From the human T2T-CHM13v2.0 reference genome, Homo sapiens: a stretch of DNA of 64,000 nt. Under the pieces are notes generated by a model, which was given only the letters and a program-made list of their open reading frames with translations, ran no database searches and was not told the origin of the DNA. The position numbers and the translations under genes were made by a program. Every line of letters starts with the position of its first letter. Positions within the stretch are counted from its first letter, which is position 1. Positions 26,235-41,999 of the stretch are shown here, one piece after another. The DNA is taken from NCBI RefSeq assembly GCF_009914755.1, contig NC_060926.1; one strand, written 5' to 3'.

Positions 26235-27044
26235 GGACTTTTTATTTGTAAGGAAATTATGTTCAGTTCTTAGAAGTGGATTTGAATTTTAATAATTCTA
26301 AAATGTGACACATTTTGGAAACTTTCCACCATATTTAGGAAAACTTTGATTTTAGAAGTCTAACATAGAGGAAAAGAAGTAGTGGATTGTCTACAAAAGT
26401 AATGTGGCATCATTAACATTTAGAACTGGCAGAAACTTCATATGTCATCTGGTCCAGCTTCCTTATTGTATCGGTGAGAAAAAGTAATACTGTTTTCAAA
26501 GTCATAGGCAAGTTAATGCTGTGCTACAATTAGAATGATTTATTTGGACACCTAAACAATTATACTATTTGTTTCAAAGTATCAGTACATAAAATAACTT
26601 GAGGGAGTATTATTTTCTAGTATAAAACAAAAGATGTAATTAAAAGCACAATAAGGACTGTTTGATAATAATGCTCATTGTTCCTTATTTTGCTTTAAAG
26701 AATTAGTCTTTCCAGGATATAAAAATGAGAATCTTTTTTCTTTTCAGTTTTTCTGTAACTGTAATTTTCCCCTCAATTAATTTACTTAGTTGACTCATCT
26801 TTTCTTCTCTATTACTGTTTTGTTTTTTTCTTTTTTTGCCATTTTGCCTATTTGGAATTTGCTAAACCAGTAATAGAAGTCCAACTAGAGGGCGTAAGGC
26901 AGGGAGGATGCTTTATTCCTCTTAAATGGTTTTAGGAGATCTAGAGAAAGTTAGAGATATGAAACACCTGTCATGGTGTGGCATTTATCACTATCAAGTG
27001 TCTCAAAGCTGTGATAATATGGTAGTTACTGCCCTATAGCTATA

Positions 27045-27404
27045 CAGATACTCCTCAACTTACCGTGTAGTTACATCCCAATAAACCCATCATGAGTTGA
27101 AAATACCTTAAGTTAAAAATGCATTTACTACACTTAATCTACCAGACAACATAGCTTAGCTTAGCCTACCTTAAACATGCTCAAATCACTTATATTAGCC
27201 TAGAGTTGGGCACATCATCTGGCAATACGGCACACTGTAGAGTATCAGTTGAGCTGATGCCCAGCATCGTGAGAATGTTGTACCACATATCTCTAGCCTG
27301 GGAAAGAATCAAACTTTAAAGTATGGTTTCTATTGGACGCATATCACTTTTGCATCACGTTAGAGTTGAAAAATTGTAAGTCAACCATTTTAAGTTGGAG
27401 ACTG
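27045..27404. mobile_element. MER47A-like Tigger MITE
   Basis: TA|CAGATACTCCTCAACTTACCGTGTAGTTACATCCCAATAAACCCATC ... TAAGTTGGAGACTG|TA. Confidence 0.8.
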
Positions 27405-27910
27405 TACATCAAAAATGGTATTTTCATATCTACAGTGGAGTACTGGAGTTTAGCTAACCTATATTATTTTTCCAGGAATATATAATAACCTAGATAAATG
27501 CAAGTAGTTTCTATGTACAAAAATAAAGAGCTGAGAATCTTTTACTAAAAGTGGCTTCACTGTGTTCTGACTATGCTTTGGATATCTCTGTCCTTGCTTA
27601 AGCTCCTCCCTGCTTACTGCTTGCTTTTTTAAGAGTACTTTTAGCCTATTCTGTTCATTCATTTAGACTCAGCCTAATAAGTCTGTTTGAACCTCGTACC
27701 TAACCATCTTCACTGGAATTGATTGCTTCTCTCTGATCATAATGGTACTAATTATTGTGTCTTTCATTGAGCAATACTATAATGCCTTTATGTGTTGTTT
27801 AGTTGTATAAATCTTATTTTATAATTTGTCATTTTGTGTCTCTGGTAATTCTGCCAAATTCTTATACAGCTCATAGTATTATTTACGTAATAGTTTTCTC
27901 TAAGTGACTC

Positions 27911-27943
<33 letters not shown>

Positions 27944-29509
27944 CTTTTATAGCACTTCTGGGTGGTGGCAGGTGTAATGGCCCTGTACATCTGAACCTCA
28001 CATGACTGGTTTTTAGGGTCACTGCTCCTGTTCATACCACTCTCCTTTCCTATCCTGACTCTTCCTTTAGCCCTTGTTGGAAACATTAGGGGGTGAATGG
28101 CCCATAAATGAGCATGCAGAGGGCTGTCTATATAGTTTGCCTGGCTTTTCTCTTTCCTAGTCTATAGGGAATCTGGGGAAGGGACAACTGGTAGCCTGGC
28201 AATTTCCCCCTAAAGTTCCGCTGCTGTTTCTGCATCTCAGACTGATGCTAATAATGCCATTATTTCCAAAAAGAGCCTGTTGAAAGCGGAGCTTATCTCT
28301 CATTCATCTTTTTCTGTTATAGACAGATGACTCGGACCCCAGGAACATTTGGGTTGCTTACTGCAGACAGTGGTATGCAGACATGTATCCTACCATGGGA
28401 AACACTGCCTTATATACTACCCTATTATCACCAGCTTTTAAGTTACCAAGAACAGAGACACCTTACTCATTTCTGTCCACCTGATACTGATAGCCAGTGG
28501 TTACTCATTAAATGTTGAATGAATTTAGACAGAATCTGGTGGCAGAAATCCTGCCCTCCCCCTCTTGAGACAATTTGACTCTGATTCTCTCAGTTTTAGG
28601 GTTGGGAAATGTTTCTAGGAACAATTTAAGCCTAGCACTAGCGTTAAGTGATTATTTAGAATCTGACCATGGATTTCAGTTCTTGCCAGGTGTGATCATA
28701 ATCACTTGTGGGATCCTAAAACAAAAACTAAACTTGTCCTCCTGCCTTCTCTTAGACCTCATAAATGAGTAGATGTAGGATTTTATTTCAGATGTGTCTT
28801 TTGAAAGCCCATTGGCTGTAGCAGGCACTATTGAAAATAAATGTAATTGCTAGACTTATATAACATTGCTAAATGGCTTCAACTAAATTTACTTCTCAAA
28901 ACCATATAAAATAATACTTTTACACCCATTTTACAAATAGGGAAAGTAATCAGATTGACTTTCTCAAAATCCCACATTTAGAAGTTGGAGCTAGAGTTTA
29001 AACCCAAATAATCTTAATTCCAAATATTGTGACCTTAACCACTGAGTATACTATCATCTGGAAACAATTCATAAGAACTAGTTATCTATGGAAATTATCA
29101 GGAAAGAATTAAAGCATTTTGGGCATTTGTGCCAAAAATACCATCACTATTCTGTAGGTCTCTTATAGCCCAGGAGAATACTTTTTCCAATCCCAATTTC
29201 TGTTACAGATGATTGCCGTACTTTATGTGTGTAGGTGGATAGGTTTTGATTGTATTAGCCCACATAGAGGTTGCCTATTTTCATTCAACTATTAAACAAA
29301 AGAATAGGGAATACATAAAATGCATAGCTACTTTAAAATGCCTTCATTTCACTTCATTTAGTAACTTCTGGATGTTCTAGTTTTGAATCTATTGAGGAAA
29401 AATTAATTTCCTAGTCCAAGATATAATGGCATACCTCAAGCTGCTAATAAAACTTCAATGCAAGTAGTAAAATTAAGGTTTCTGGTTAGATGCACACTAT
29501 ATAGAGTAC

Positions 29510-29954
29510 TGGTATTCAAGCGTTTTAAGTCCTAGGGCCTTTTTATACTCTTTAGTTGAGGACTACAAAAAGCTTTTGCTTCAGTGGGTTTTATCTGTTG
29601 ATATTTACCATATTAAAAGTGATATATTTATTAGTATATTTGAAAAGCCATTAGATGTTAACAAATGTGCCTGTTATGAAAAACATTTTTTAAAACAAAA
29701 ATCTGGCGAAGAAAATAGCATTACTTTTTGGCAACTCTTTGGTGTCTGACTTTATAGAAGATATCTGCATTCTCACATATATTTCGCCATTTAATTTGTT
29801 AAAATTGTTATAGTAGAAGTATACAGAAAAGTTCAGTCCCATGCAGATATGTAGTTGGGAAAGGATGAAGTATTGTGATAGTCTTTTCAGATAATTGTGG
29901 ATATTCTTTGATATTACACCAGCACTCAAAAAGTAATTTCTTAAAAATTAGTTG
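29510..29954 (-). mobile_element. Charlie1 hAT transposon, part 1 (split by an L1 insertion)
   Basis: Resembles recalled Charlie1 terminus and ends at ...TTTCTTAAAAATTAGTTG, continuing at 36031. Confidence 0.65.
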
Positions 29955-30274
29955 TATTCCAAGATGGAATAACAAGGACCACATGTACTCTTCTTGCTGA
30001 AATAACCAAATTTTAAAAAGATAAACTACATGAAAAAGTGGATTTCAAGATACATCAGCGCAATTAGGAAAGTGGAAATATGGATCTACACAAAGGAATG
30101 ATGAACAATTGGAAATGATAAACGCATGGGTAAATATATAAGTTTCAAAAAGTTATTATGTCTCTTTAAAAGATAATTGGCTGGTTAAACAATAATAATG
30201 TGGAGTTTATAACATGTCAAAGTTAAGTACGTGACAATAGCATAAAGGCCAGAAGGAAAATAATGAAAGAATAG

Positions 30275-31268
30275 ACATTCCTTATTTTGCACTTTTGACA
30301 TGCATGAGGTTTGGTTACCTAACACTATTCCCCCAACAAACTGTTCAACTTTCTGTTAACACAAGTATATTATCTGTGAATAATTGCATGAAGTACAGAC
30401 TTTACAGCTTCCTCAGTTCACAAATCACTACCTAAATAACAGATGTGAATCATAAGTGACCAATCATGTCACTTCTATTCAAGATCTGCCTGTGATTGGT
30501 CCCTGCACACCTGTAATTCATTACATACACAGCAAAGGTTGTAATTGTATGCCTCCTGATAAACCCATGTGCTGTTTTACGAAGATGGATCTTTGAAAGG
30601 TTGAACTAACCAATAAAGATGAAAGTGTAGCAAAAAAACAAAAAGCAATAACATCGAAAGTGAAATTTCAAATCCAGCATAAATGGAGGTATGGGAAAAA
30701 TAGCTGTTGATGGGAATGTTGGCACCTTTCAAGAGTCTATGCAGTCAGAGTTGCTTAGTGAAGGTAAACAATATGAGTGGGGAAAGTGGTTGTGACTAAA
30801 ACATTTAAGATGTCCCAGAGGAAATGACATTGGCAAAAAAACTTCACATTGAGTGGACTTTGGACTATTTCAAGACATTAAGAGTATAAATTTTAAAATA
30901 TTGTAAGCTGAACCAAACTTGGAGTATAACTCATCATACCATGGAAAAGAGGCTCACCTTATATTGTAAGTTAGTTAATGAGAGGAAGAAAAAGGCAAGC
31001 ATTGTTCAAACTATCTGATAAATGTTTTACAAAAAACAAAAAACTACTCAATATTTCTAATGTTTTATATTGTAAATATTAGCTTTTCTAGTTTTAATTC
31101 CTCAATACATTTACAACTGAAATGGTTTTTCATTTTTTGACAAACATTTTTAAAGGTCATGGAACAATTGTAAATTTTCCCATTGATTATTAAGATTGTT
31201 TTGAATGGTTTCAGCTTGCACAGTCATTTTTATGGTCCTGCATTCATGTGCAAGGCATCAACAGCCTG
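30275..31268. mobile_element. Tigger6-like DNA transposon inserted in the L1
   Basis: End CCATTGATTATTAAGATTG...GGTTTCAGCTTGCACAGTCATTTTTATGGTCC...CCTG|TA matches recalled Tigger6 terminus. Confidence 0.6.
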
Positions 31269-32451
31269 TATAATGTGGTCAACATCTTATACTATGCATA
31301 AAGTGGTATCACTTGAAGATAAGACTGATAAATTTAAAGTATATACTATAAATCCTAAAGCAACTACTGAAATAACAAAATAGAGTTATAACTAGTAGTT
31401 TAACACTGAAGATTAAATGAAATAATAAAAATCCTTAAAAAGGCAGGAAAAAATAGGGAACAAGAACATGTGGAAGAAATAGGAAACCAATATAAATATG
31501 AAAGAGTTAAACCTAACCATATCAATCATGTGGAGTGGAAATGATCTAAACATTCCAATTAGAAGGCAGAGATTGGCAGATTGGATTTTAATAAAAGAGT
31601 ACACAACTATATGGTGCCTACAAGAAGTACACTCTAAATATAAGGACACAGGTAGGTTAAAGTAAAAATGTGGCAAGGATTTGTCATACTAATGCTAGTC
31701 AAAAGAAATCTTGACTGGCTGTATTAATATCACATAAAATAAATTTTATAGCAATTATTTCCAGAGAGGAAAGCCATGTCATAACAATAAAGAGGTCAAT
31801 CAAGAGAACACAACTATCTCAAATATGTGTGTACTCAACAGCTTCAAAACACATGAAATAGACACTGATAGAACTGCAAAAAGAAAAGGACAAATCCCAA
31901 TTACAGTCTGAGATTTGAATATGCCCTCTCATTAACTGATAGAACAAATAAGCGGAAAGTAAGCAAGGGTAAAATAGACTTGAGCAACACTATCAACCAA
32001 CTTGATGTGAATAACAGAACACTCCACACCCAACAACAGAATACACATTCTTCTCATGGGCACATGAAGCATTTATCAAGTTTGACCATATTCCAGACCA
32101 CAAAATAATTCTCAATTTTAAAGTACTCAAGTCACACAAAGAATGTTCTCTGCTCTCAGTGGAATTTTATTAGAAATTGATAACAAAATGATCCCTAGAA
32201 AATCCTTAAATATGTGAAAAGTACACATCTCTAAATCATCCATGAATAAAATTTTTTAAAAAAATTAGACATTTTGGTATGAATGAAAATAAGAACAAAA
32301 CATAACAGAATGTGATGTACTGCTAAAGAAGTACTTAGGGGAAAATTTATAGCGCTAAATACCTATCTGAAAAAATAAGATCCCAAAAAAGGCCCCAAAC
32401 TGCCTTCAGTCTAAGAAACTACAAAAAGAAAAGTGAATTAAAATTAATCAA

Positions 32452-32590
32452 AGCCAGGTGTGGTGGTACATACTTGTAATCCCAGCTATTGAAGAGGCTG
32501 AGGCAGGAGGACTGCTTGATCCCAGGAGTTTGAGGCCAGCCTGTACAATATAGCATGACTCAATTTCAAAATAATAATCATAATAAAAAA
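32452..32590 (+). mobile_element. FLAM / Alu monomer
   Basis: GCCAGGTGTGGTGGTACATACTTGTAATCCCAGCTA...CCCAGGAGTTTGAGGCCAGCCTG. Confidence 0.8.
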
Positions 32591-32926
32591 GTATGCAGAA
32601 GAAAGGAAACAATAAAGATCAAAGCTGATTTAATGAAATATAAAAAAGAAAAATGAATGACTCCAAAAGTCATTTATTTAAAAAGGAAAAGACACAAATT
32701 ACTAATATTAAGAACAAGAGAGGTGACATCACTGCAGATTGTACAGAAAGAATGATAAGAGAATATTATGAACAATCTTAATGCCAACATATTTGACAAC
32801 ATAGATTAACTGAAAAATTCCTTGGAAGTTACAAATAACCAAAGCTCACTCAAGAAATAGATAACCTAAATAGCTCAGTATTCCTTAAACTAATGTTTTT
32901 CATTAGTTTATTTTCAACAAGGCTGC

Positions 32927-33256
32927 TATCTTAGTCTGTTTTTGCTGCTATAACAGAATATCTGAGACTGGGTAATTTATAATGAACAGATTTGTTGGCT
33001 CACTATTCTAGAGGCTGGGAAGTCCAAAATCAAGGGGCTGGTGTCTTGCAACGGCCTTCTTTCTGTGTCGTCCCATGAAGGAAGGAAGAAGGGCAAGACA
33101 GAATAAGAGGGGCCCAGTCACCCTTTTATAACAGCACCAATCCCATCCATGAGGGTGGAGCCCTCATGGCCTATTTAAAGGTCTCACTTCTTAATGCTGT
33201 AAAAATGACAAATTTCAACATGGGTTTTGAAGAGCACAAACATTCAAACCATAGCA
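32927..33256 (-). mobile_element. MaLR LTR (MSTC/MSTD-like)
   Basis: TCTTAGTCTGTTTTTGCTGCTATAACAGAATATCTGAGACTGGGTAATTTATAA ... CATTCAAACCATAGCA. Confidence 0.8.
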
Positions 33257-33718
33257 TGTACCAAAAATCATTCAATGGGGAAAGAAAAGTCTTATCAACA
33301 AATGGTGCTAAGACAACTGAATATCCATATGCCAAAGCATTAAGTTAGACCCCCTATATCATACCATATACAAAAATTAATTCAAAATAGATCATAGAAC
33401 TTAATGTAAGGGCTAAAACTGTAAAACTCTTAGTAGAAAACATAGGAGTAAATTTTTATGACTTTGAATTAGCAGTAGTTTCTTAGCTATAACACCAAAA
33501 GTACAAGTGACAAAACAAAGAATTGAGCTTCATCTAAATCAAAAGCTTTATGTTTCAAAAGACACCATCAAGAAAGTGAAACAACTACCTATAGAATAAG
33601 AGAAAAATCTTGGCAAATTACATCATGATTAAGGACCTGTATCCAGAATACATAAATTACTTCCAAATCTCAACCATAAGACAGAAAACAACTCATTTTT
33701 TTAATGGGCAAAAGACAC

Positions 33719-34750
33719 TGTATTAGCCTGTTTTCACATTGCTGTAAAGAACTAGTGGAGACTAATTCATAAGAAAAGAGTTTTAACACGGTTCTGCAAG
33801 CTGTATAGGCTTCTGCTTCTTGGGATGCCTCAGGAAACTTACAATCATGGCAGAAGGTGAAAGGGAAGCAGGCTTGGCCTTCACATGGCCAGAGCAGGAA
33901 GAAAAGAGAGCAAAGGGAGAGGTGCTACACACTTCCAAACAACCAGATCTCGTGTAAACTCTGATCATAAGACAGCACTAGCGGGATGGTGCTAAACCAT
34001 TAGAAACCACCCCCATCATTCAATCACCTCCCACCAGGTCCCTCCTTCAACATTGAGGATTACAAGTCAACATGAGGTTTGAGTGGGGACACAGAGCCAA
34101 ACCATATCATTCTGTCCCCATCCCTCCCAAATCTCATGTCCTTCTTATGTTTCAAAATATAATCATGCTTTCCCAACAGTCCTCCAAAGTCTTAACTCAC
34201 TCCAGCGTTAACTCAAAAGTCCAAGTCCAAAGTCTCTCTGAGGCAATGCAGGCCCTTCTGCCTATGAGCCTTTAAAATATAAAACACGTTGGTTACTTCC
34301 AAGATCCAATGGGGGTACAGGCATTGGGTAAATACTCCCTTTCCAAAAGGGAAAAATCTGCCAAAACAAAGGGGCTACAGGCCCCATGCAATTCCAAATC
34401 CCAGCAAAGCAGTCATTAAATCTCAATACTCCAAAATGATCTCCTTTGATTCCATGTCTCATATCCAGGCCTCACTGATTGCAAGGAGTGGGCTCCCAAG
34501 GCCTTGGGCAGCTGTGCCCTGTGCAGGGCTCAGCTCCTATGACTGCTCTCAAGAGCTGGCATTGAGTGCCTATGGCTTTTCCAGGTGCATGGTGCAAGCT
34601 GTTAGTGGATCTAACTTCTGGGGTGTGGAGGATGGTGGCCCTCTTCTCACAGCTCCACTAGGCAGTGCCCCAGTGGGGACTCTGTGTTGGGGGCTCCAAC
34701 CCCACATTTCCCCTCCACACTGCCCTAGTAGAGTTTCTCCATAAGGGCTA
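33719..34750 (-). mobile_element. MSTA-like LTR (33719-34109) plus truncated MaLR internal sequence
   Basis: TGTATTAG...GGGGACACAGAGCCAAACCATATCA, then internal CCCAAATCTCATGTCCT...CAGCTCCACTAGGCAGTGCCCCAGTGGGGACTCTGTG. Confidence 0.85.
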
Positions 34751-34796
34751 CTGAGACATCATTACACACATATTAGAATGATTAACATTAAAAAGA

Positions 34797-35114
34797 CATG
34801 TCTATCTGTATTGCTATAAAGAAATACCAGAGGCTGGGTAATTTATAAAGAAAAGAGATTTTTTTTTTTTTTTTTTTTTTGGCTCATGGGTCTGCAGGCT
34901 CTACAAGAAGCATAATGCCAGCATCTGCATCTAGTGAGAGCCTCAAGCTGCCTCTATTCATGGCAGAAAAGGAAAGAAAGCCAGTATGTAGAAATCACAG
35001 GGCAGGCTGGATGTGGTGGTTCATGCCTGTAATCCCAACACTTTGGGAGGCTCAGGTGGGAGGATCATTTGAGGCCAGGAATTCAAGGCCAGCCTAAGCA
35101 ACATTGTGAGACCC

Positions 35115-35156
<42 letters not shown>

Positions 35157-35528
35157 TTAGCCATGTGCAGTGGTGTGCACCTGTAGTCACAGCTACTTGG
35201 AGGCTGAAGTGAGAGAATGGCTTGAGCCTAGGAGTTTGAGGCTACAGTGAGACGTGATCACAACATTGTACTCCAGCCTGTGTGACAGATTGAGACTCTG
35301 TCTCTAAATAAATAGAAATCACAGTGCAAGAGAGAGCAGGGAGGTGCCAAGCTCTTTTTAACAACCAGCTTTGGCTAGCAGGAACTAATAGAGTGAGAAC
35401 TCCCTCACCCCCACCAGGGGGGATCCACTGCCATGACCCAAACACCTCCCACTGGGCCCCACCTCCAACATTGGGAATCAAATTTTAAATTGAGTTTTAA
35501 GGAAGCCCAAATATTCAAATTATAGCAC
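34797..35528 (-). mobile_element. MSTB-like LTR interrupted by an Alu
   Basis: TTGCTATAAAGAAATACCAGAGGCTGGGTAATTTATAAAGAAAAGAG ... CCAAACACCTCCCACTGGGCCCCACCTCCAACATTGGG. Confidence 0.8.
35005..35312 (+). mobile_element. AluJ with (CA)n linker
   Basis: GGCTGGATGTGGTGGTTCATGCCTGTAATCCC; (CA)n 35119-35153; TSD TAGAAATCACAG(G/T)GCA at 34989-35004 and 35313-35328. Confidence 0.9.
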
Positions 35529-35829
35529 TGGCCATATCAGTGTTGGCAGCATCTGGAGGGACTAGAACTCTCATATGCTCCCTTTAGGAGGGTAAAATGG
35601 TGAAAATAGTTTTATGGCTTATATAAAACTCCAGAAAATGGAAAGCCATGGATTTTGGCAGAAGGTAGATCAGTCATTGCTTGAGGATGCGGGAAGAAAG
35701 GAGGGGAGAGTGGGAAGGATTAGAAAGGAGAGAAACTTGGGGGTTGATGGATATGTTCACTATTTGCTTTTGGTGTTTTTATGGCTGCATACATACTCCA
35801 AACTTATAAAATTGTACTATTTATTACAT

Positions 35830-35958
35830 TTTTTTCTTGGTAGTGACAGAGTCTCACTATATGCCCAGGCTGGTCTCGAACTCCTGGCCTCAAGTGATCC
35901 TCCTACCTCAGCCTCCCAAAGTGCTGGGACTGTAGGTGTGAGCCACAATGCCCAGCCC
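35830..35958 (-). mobile_element. Alu monomer (FLAM_C-like)
   Basis: GACAGAGTCTCACTATATGCCCAGGCTGGTCTCGAACTCCTGGCCTCAAGTGATCC. Confidence 0.82.
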
Positions 35959-36030
35959 AATTATACAATTTAAATATGTAAAATTTATCGTATGTCAATT
36001 ATATCTCAGTTAAAGCTATCAATGAAAAAT

Positions 36031-36730
36031 AAAGTTAGTTGCAATGTAGAATTTGAACCAAACCAATAAACTTTTCATACTCTGTATAACTGATTGGTCT
36101 ACATTTTATTTGAATAGGTTTTATACATATAGGTAAAATATCTTCATGCAATTATTTGGAAAATACAGGTTCACTGAGTTATGCAGATCTTCCAAATGTT
36201 GGCACATTTCATGATATGATCACCTTTTTTATTATCACTACGGATCTCAAGAAATGTCTTACTGCTTTGGGAAATTGTCAAGCTTCCCGATAGCTGATAC
36301 AAGTTTTCCAAAATTTTAATTTTTGTTTGAAAGCTTGAATTTTGTCCTTGCCAAAAAATAATTTCCATTTTTCTCCTTGAAGTGACAAATTAACTTTGAT
36401 CATATTTGAGATGATGTCTACCAAATATTTTAGGCCAAATAACCAGATATTGACATTCTTTCAAGTGAAATTGATATTTCATGTTAAAAAAAAAAGCAGC
36501 TAATTCAGCATGCACCAAGTACTTTTCCTTGAGATAACCATGACACATTGATATGTAGAAGTGTTTGTGTGTACTTTCCATTTGATCTTAGAGACTATTA
36601 AAAAAGTATACTAAAGATTGAAATTTGATAAAATTAATAATTATTACTGCTTAATTATGGTCATCAAGTGAAGTGTCTTTTTTTTTTCTTGACAGCAGGT
36701 GAATGGCAGTGAAGAATACCATGACTTTCA
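36031..36730 (-). mobile_element. Charlie1 hAT transposon, part 2 (degenerate transposase region)
   Basis: GGTTCACTGAGTTATGCAGATCTTCCAAATGTTG, GATACAAGTTTTCCAAAATT, CTTTTCCTTGAGATAACCAT (reverse strand reads WLSQGK, hAT RW-motif region). Confidence 0.7.
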
Positions 36731-36734
36731 ATTC

Positions 36735-38121
<1,387 letters not shown>

Positions 38122-38891
38122 TAGTCTTTTATGGATTTCTTTTTATTATTATATATTTTAGTAAATTGTGTTACTTTTAGGATGCCCATAACCTAATTTT
38201 TTCCTTCGGTTTTTTATATAATTCTATCTGCACATATTATTTAATGACATTTTTATACTTACCTAAAGCCGTGCATAAGTATGTAATAAAAATTTAAGGC
38301 AAACGCATTTCCACCTCAATTATATTTTCAGAATTATTTATTTTAAAATCAACAAACATTAAATACTTTATTTGGCCAAGACAATTTGGCTTGGTCTTTA
38401 GCACTTCAACTGTAATACTTGTAGGCCTGATTTTCTTCATATTTAGACCGTTTGAGACTCACTAAACTTCTTGGATGTGTAATTATGTTTTTCACTAAAT
38501 TTGGAAAGTTTTTGATCCTTTAGTTTCACATATTTTCTGTCCCATTCTTTTACTCTTTTCCTTCTGGAACTCCAGTTATCCATTTGATTTGTAGTACAAG
38601 TACCCAAGATTTTTTATACTTTATTTCTATCATTTTCTCTGTCTTCTTTAGATTGAATATTTTAATTGATCCACAGATTAATTGAATTTTTATGCTATCA
38701 TTATCATGCAGCTATTGAGCCCATCATATGAATTCTTTAAATTTTAGACATGTAGTTTTAGTTCTAAAATTTTCACTTCTTTCTTATAGTTTCTCAGCTG
38801 ATATTTCATATCATTTTATTCATTGCAAACATATTTGTATGTATGCAAACATCATATTTGTACATCACAAAGCATGGTTTAGCTGCTTTAA

Positions 38892-39233
<342 letters not shown>

Positions 39234-40197
39234 CATGATTATTCTAACATCTTGATCACTATAGAGTTTGCCTTTGCTGATTATCTTTTCCTTGGAGATT
39301 AGATCACATTTTCTGGCTCTTTGTATGTCAAATCATTTTGGATTGTATCCTGGACATTGTGTTGGTTATGTTCTGGAGACTGGGTTTGGTTATATTCCTC
39401 TAAAGAGTGCTGATGTTTTTGTTTTAGTAGGCAGTTAATTTGGCTGGACTCAAACAAAAAAATTTTGCTTTGACTATGGTGGAAGTTCAGATCTGATTTC
39501 ATACTCCTTTTAGTCAGCTTAGCATATGTATCATTCAAGGGTCAGCCAGAGATTTGAACAGAGTTTATACATGGAGTTTTGAATTTGCCTTATCTGGCAC
39601 TGTCTGTTCTAATATTTTCTCTCTGGCAGCCCTGTTTACCTTGGCTCCTCTTAGTTCCTCTAAACAGAAAGATGGTAGACTTTTTCTTGGTAATTTAGCC
39701 ACTTTGCACTCTGCCACAGTTGTGCTTGACTTTAGCACAAAACCTCAAATAGGGGAATCTTTCTTTCTACAGATTACTGCCTCCAAGTTTTAACACCGCT
39801 CCAAAATCTGCCTGCTTTTGTTGACTCTGTAGAGCCCTAAAGTAGTTGAACTTTTAATTTTCATCAGTTTTTAGTTGTTATCTAACAGACTGTCTGTCTA
39901 TTAGGTCCTTTATCTGGATACTAGAAACAAATCTGCCAATTTTAGATATTTTCAATAGAAAAAAATATATATATTTCTGTATATATATATTGTATTCTGT
40001 ATACTGATTACTCATGAGAAGCTCCCTGGTCTAGGATAAATACATTATATTTTCCATGGCCCCAAATAACACAAAACATTCATAAATCCATATATTAACT
40101 TTTAAAATACTGCTACTTTTGGTTTTACCATTAATTCATTGCCTAAATAAATTCTCTGGACATGTGTTTACTCACTATGAAAATGAAGGAGATCCAA

Positions 40198-40328
40198 GCT
40201 GGGTACAGTGATGCACACCTATAGTACTGGCCACTCAGGAGGCTGAGACAGGAGGATCACTTGAGCCCAGGAGTTTGAGGCCAGCCTGGGCAACATAGCC
40301 AGACCCTGTCTCTATAAAAAATAAAAAA
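40198..40328 (+). mobile_element. FLAM / Alu monomer
   Basis: GCTGGGTACAGTGATGCACACCTATAG...GCCCAGGAGTTTGAGGCCAGCCTGGGCAACATAG. Confidence 0.8.
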
Positions 40329-40678
40329 GATTAATATTCAAGATCCCCTCAAGGTTCTATTACTCTAAAGGTAGTAGATTCATTTGAGTTTTGTATATAT
40401 GTCATGTCACTTATACACAATACACATACATGCACGCGTACACTCGGTTTTGTGTATATGTGCTACTATTGTTAATATATTTTGAAAACCATAATGTTTC
40501 AATTCAATACCAACATTTTAACTATAAGGCTTGCACTAGTTAACTTGATATAATAGATGGCTTCCTGGAAGTATTAAATGTAATAATACCAAATAATATT
40601 TAGAGTTCATAATGGATGATTGACATTTATAGGAATTGTGTGGATTGTTTTCTGTAAAGATGATATTTGTAACAATAG

Positions 40679-41007
<329 letters not shown>

Positions 41008-41401
41008 TAATTTAACTTTTGTATAAATCTATATCCCACAAAAAGAATAATTACAGTATGCATGCTTCATGTTATAAATATTAAAAATAATAATATCATT
41101 TAGCCATAATTTGAGGTAGCAATAATCTATAACTTTTATTGATAGAATTCTTAGCTTTTACCAAGAGAAGACTTTCGTTAAGTACATATATAATTTTAAT
41201 TAATACATATATAAAAAAGAACCTAAAAAATTTAAAACTTAATATTTTCAGTCTTTTGCCCAACTAAAGAGTTTATACAAATATTACTATCATTTCAGAT
41301 TTATTTTAAATTAAACTATGACTTGTCTTGTTTTATTACTGCTTTATTTGTTAATATTTGCTTAAGCTTTCATTTTCAATTCTATGCTGATGGTGCAATT
41401 C

Positions 41402-41568
41402 TTTTAATTTTATTTTAAGTTCTGGGATATATGTGTAGGATGTACAGGTTTGTTACATAGGTAAACGTATGTCACGGTGGTTTGCTGCCCCAATCAACCC
41501 ATCATCTAGGTATTAAGCCCTGCATGCATTAGCTGTTTATCCTGATGCTCTCTCTCCCCCTGCCCCCT
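41402..41568 (-). mobile_element. 5'-truncated L1PA 3' end
   Basis: TTTTAAGTTCTGGGATATATGTGTAGGATGTACAGGTTTGTTACATAGGTAAACG; TSD CAATTCTTT at 41396-41404 and 41569-41577. Confidence 0.88.
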
Positions 41569-41999
41569 CAATTCTTTATATGAGCAGAGCAGTTACTGCT
41601 ATACTTCAGTGTAATGTAATTCCCTCTTTATGCACATTCTATTTCAATATATAGCCTTTGATTTATTTTGTCGTGGAGGCTTTTCTTTTCAGTCTTGTAG
41701 CAGCTACTGTAATATGTAATCAGATTTGACTTATTTTAAAACAAATAAGCCCAAAACCATTTTGATGTCAATATAGTTGTTGCAGGGTATGGTAGCTGTT
41801 AAAAGTGCTTTTCGGTGTGTCTGGTTTTTTAACTGATTTGTTACATACAATCTTGTTTGGGTTATTTTGTTTGTGTTACATTAATTATGTTAATACTGCC
41901 TACAATTATCCCTTCTTTTTCCTCATAAAACATATAGGATATATGTGTGAAAGTTGAGGACCTATAAATTGAATAGTCAACTTTAAAAAGAGGTTTTGT

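Larger units (their letters stand above)
29955..36030 (+). mobile_element. old L1 (L1M-type), ORF2 to 3' end remnants, multiply interrupted
   Basis: Endonuclease-region motifs AAGGCAGAGATTGGCAGATTGGATT, CAAGAAGTACACTCTAAATATAA; AACAAATGGTGCT, CCATATACAAAAATTAATTCAAAATAGATCATAGA; 3' end GGGGTTGATGGATATGTTCACTAT. Confidence 0.75.

Noticed and set aside
34289-34744. 151-aa ORF
   Set aside because: Lies within MaLR (MST) internal sequence; no evidence of a functional gene
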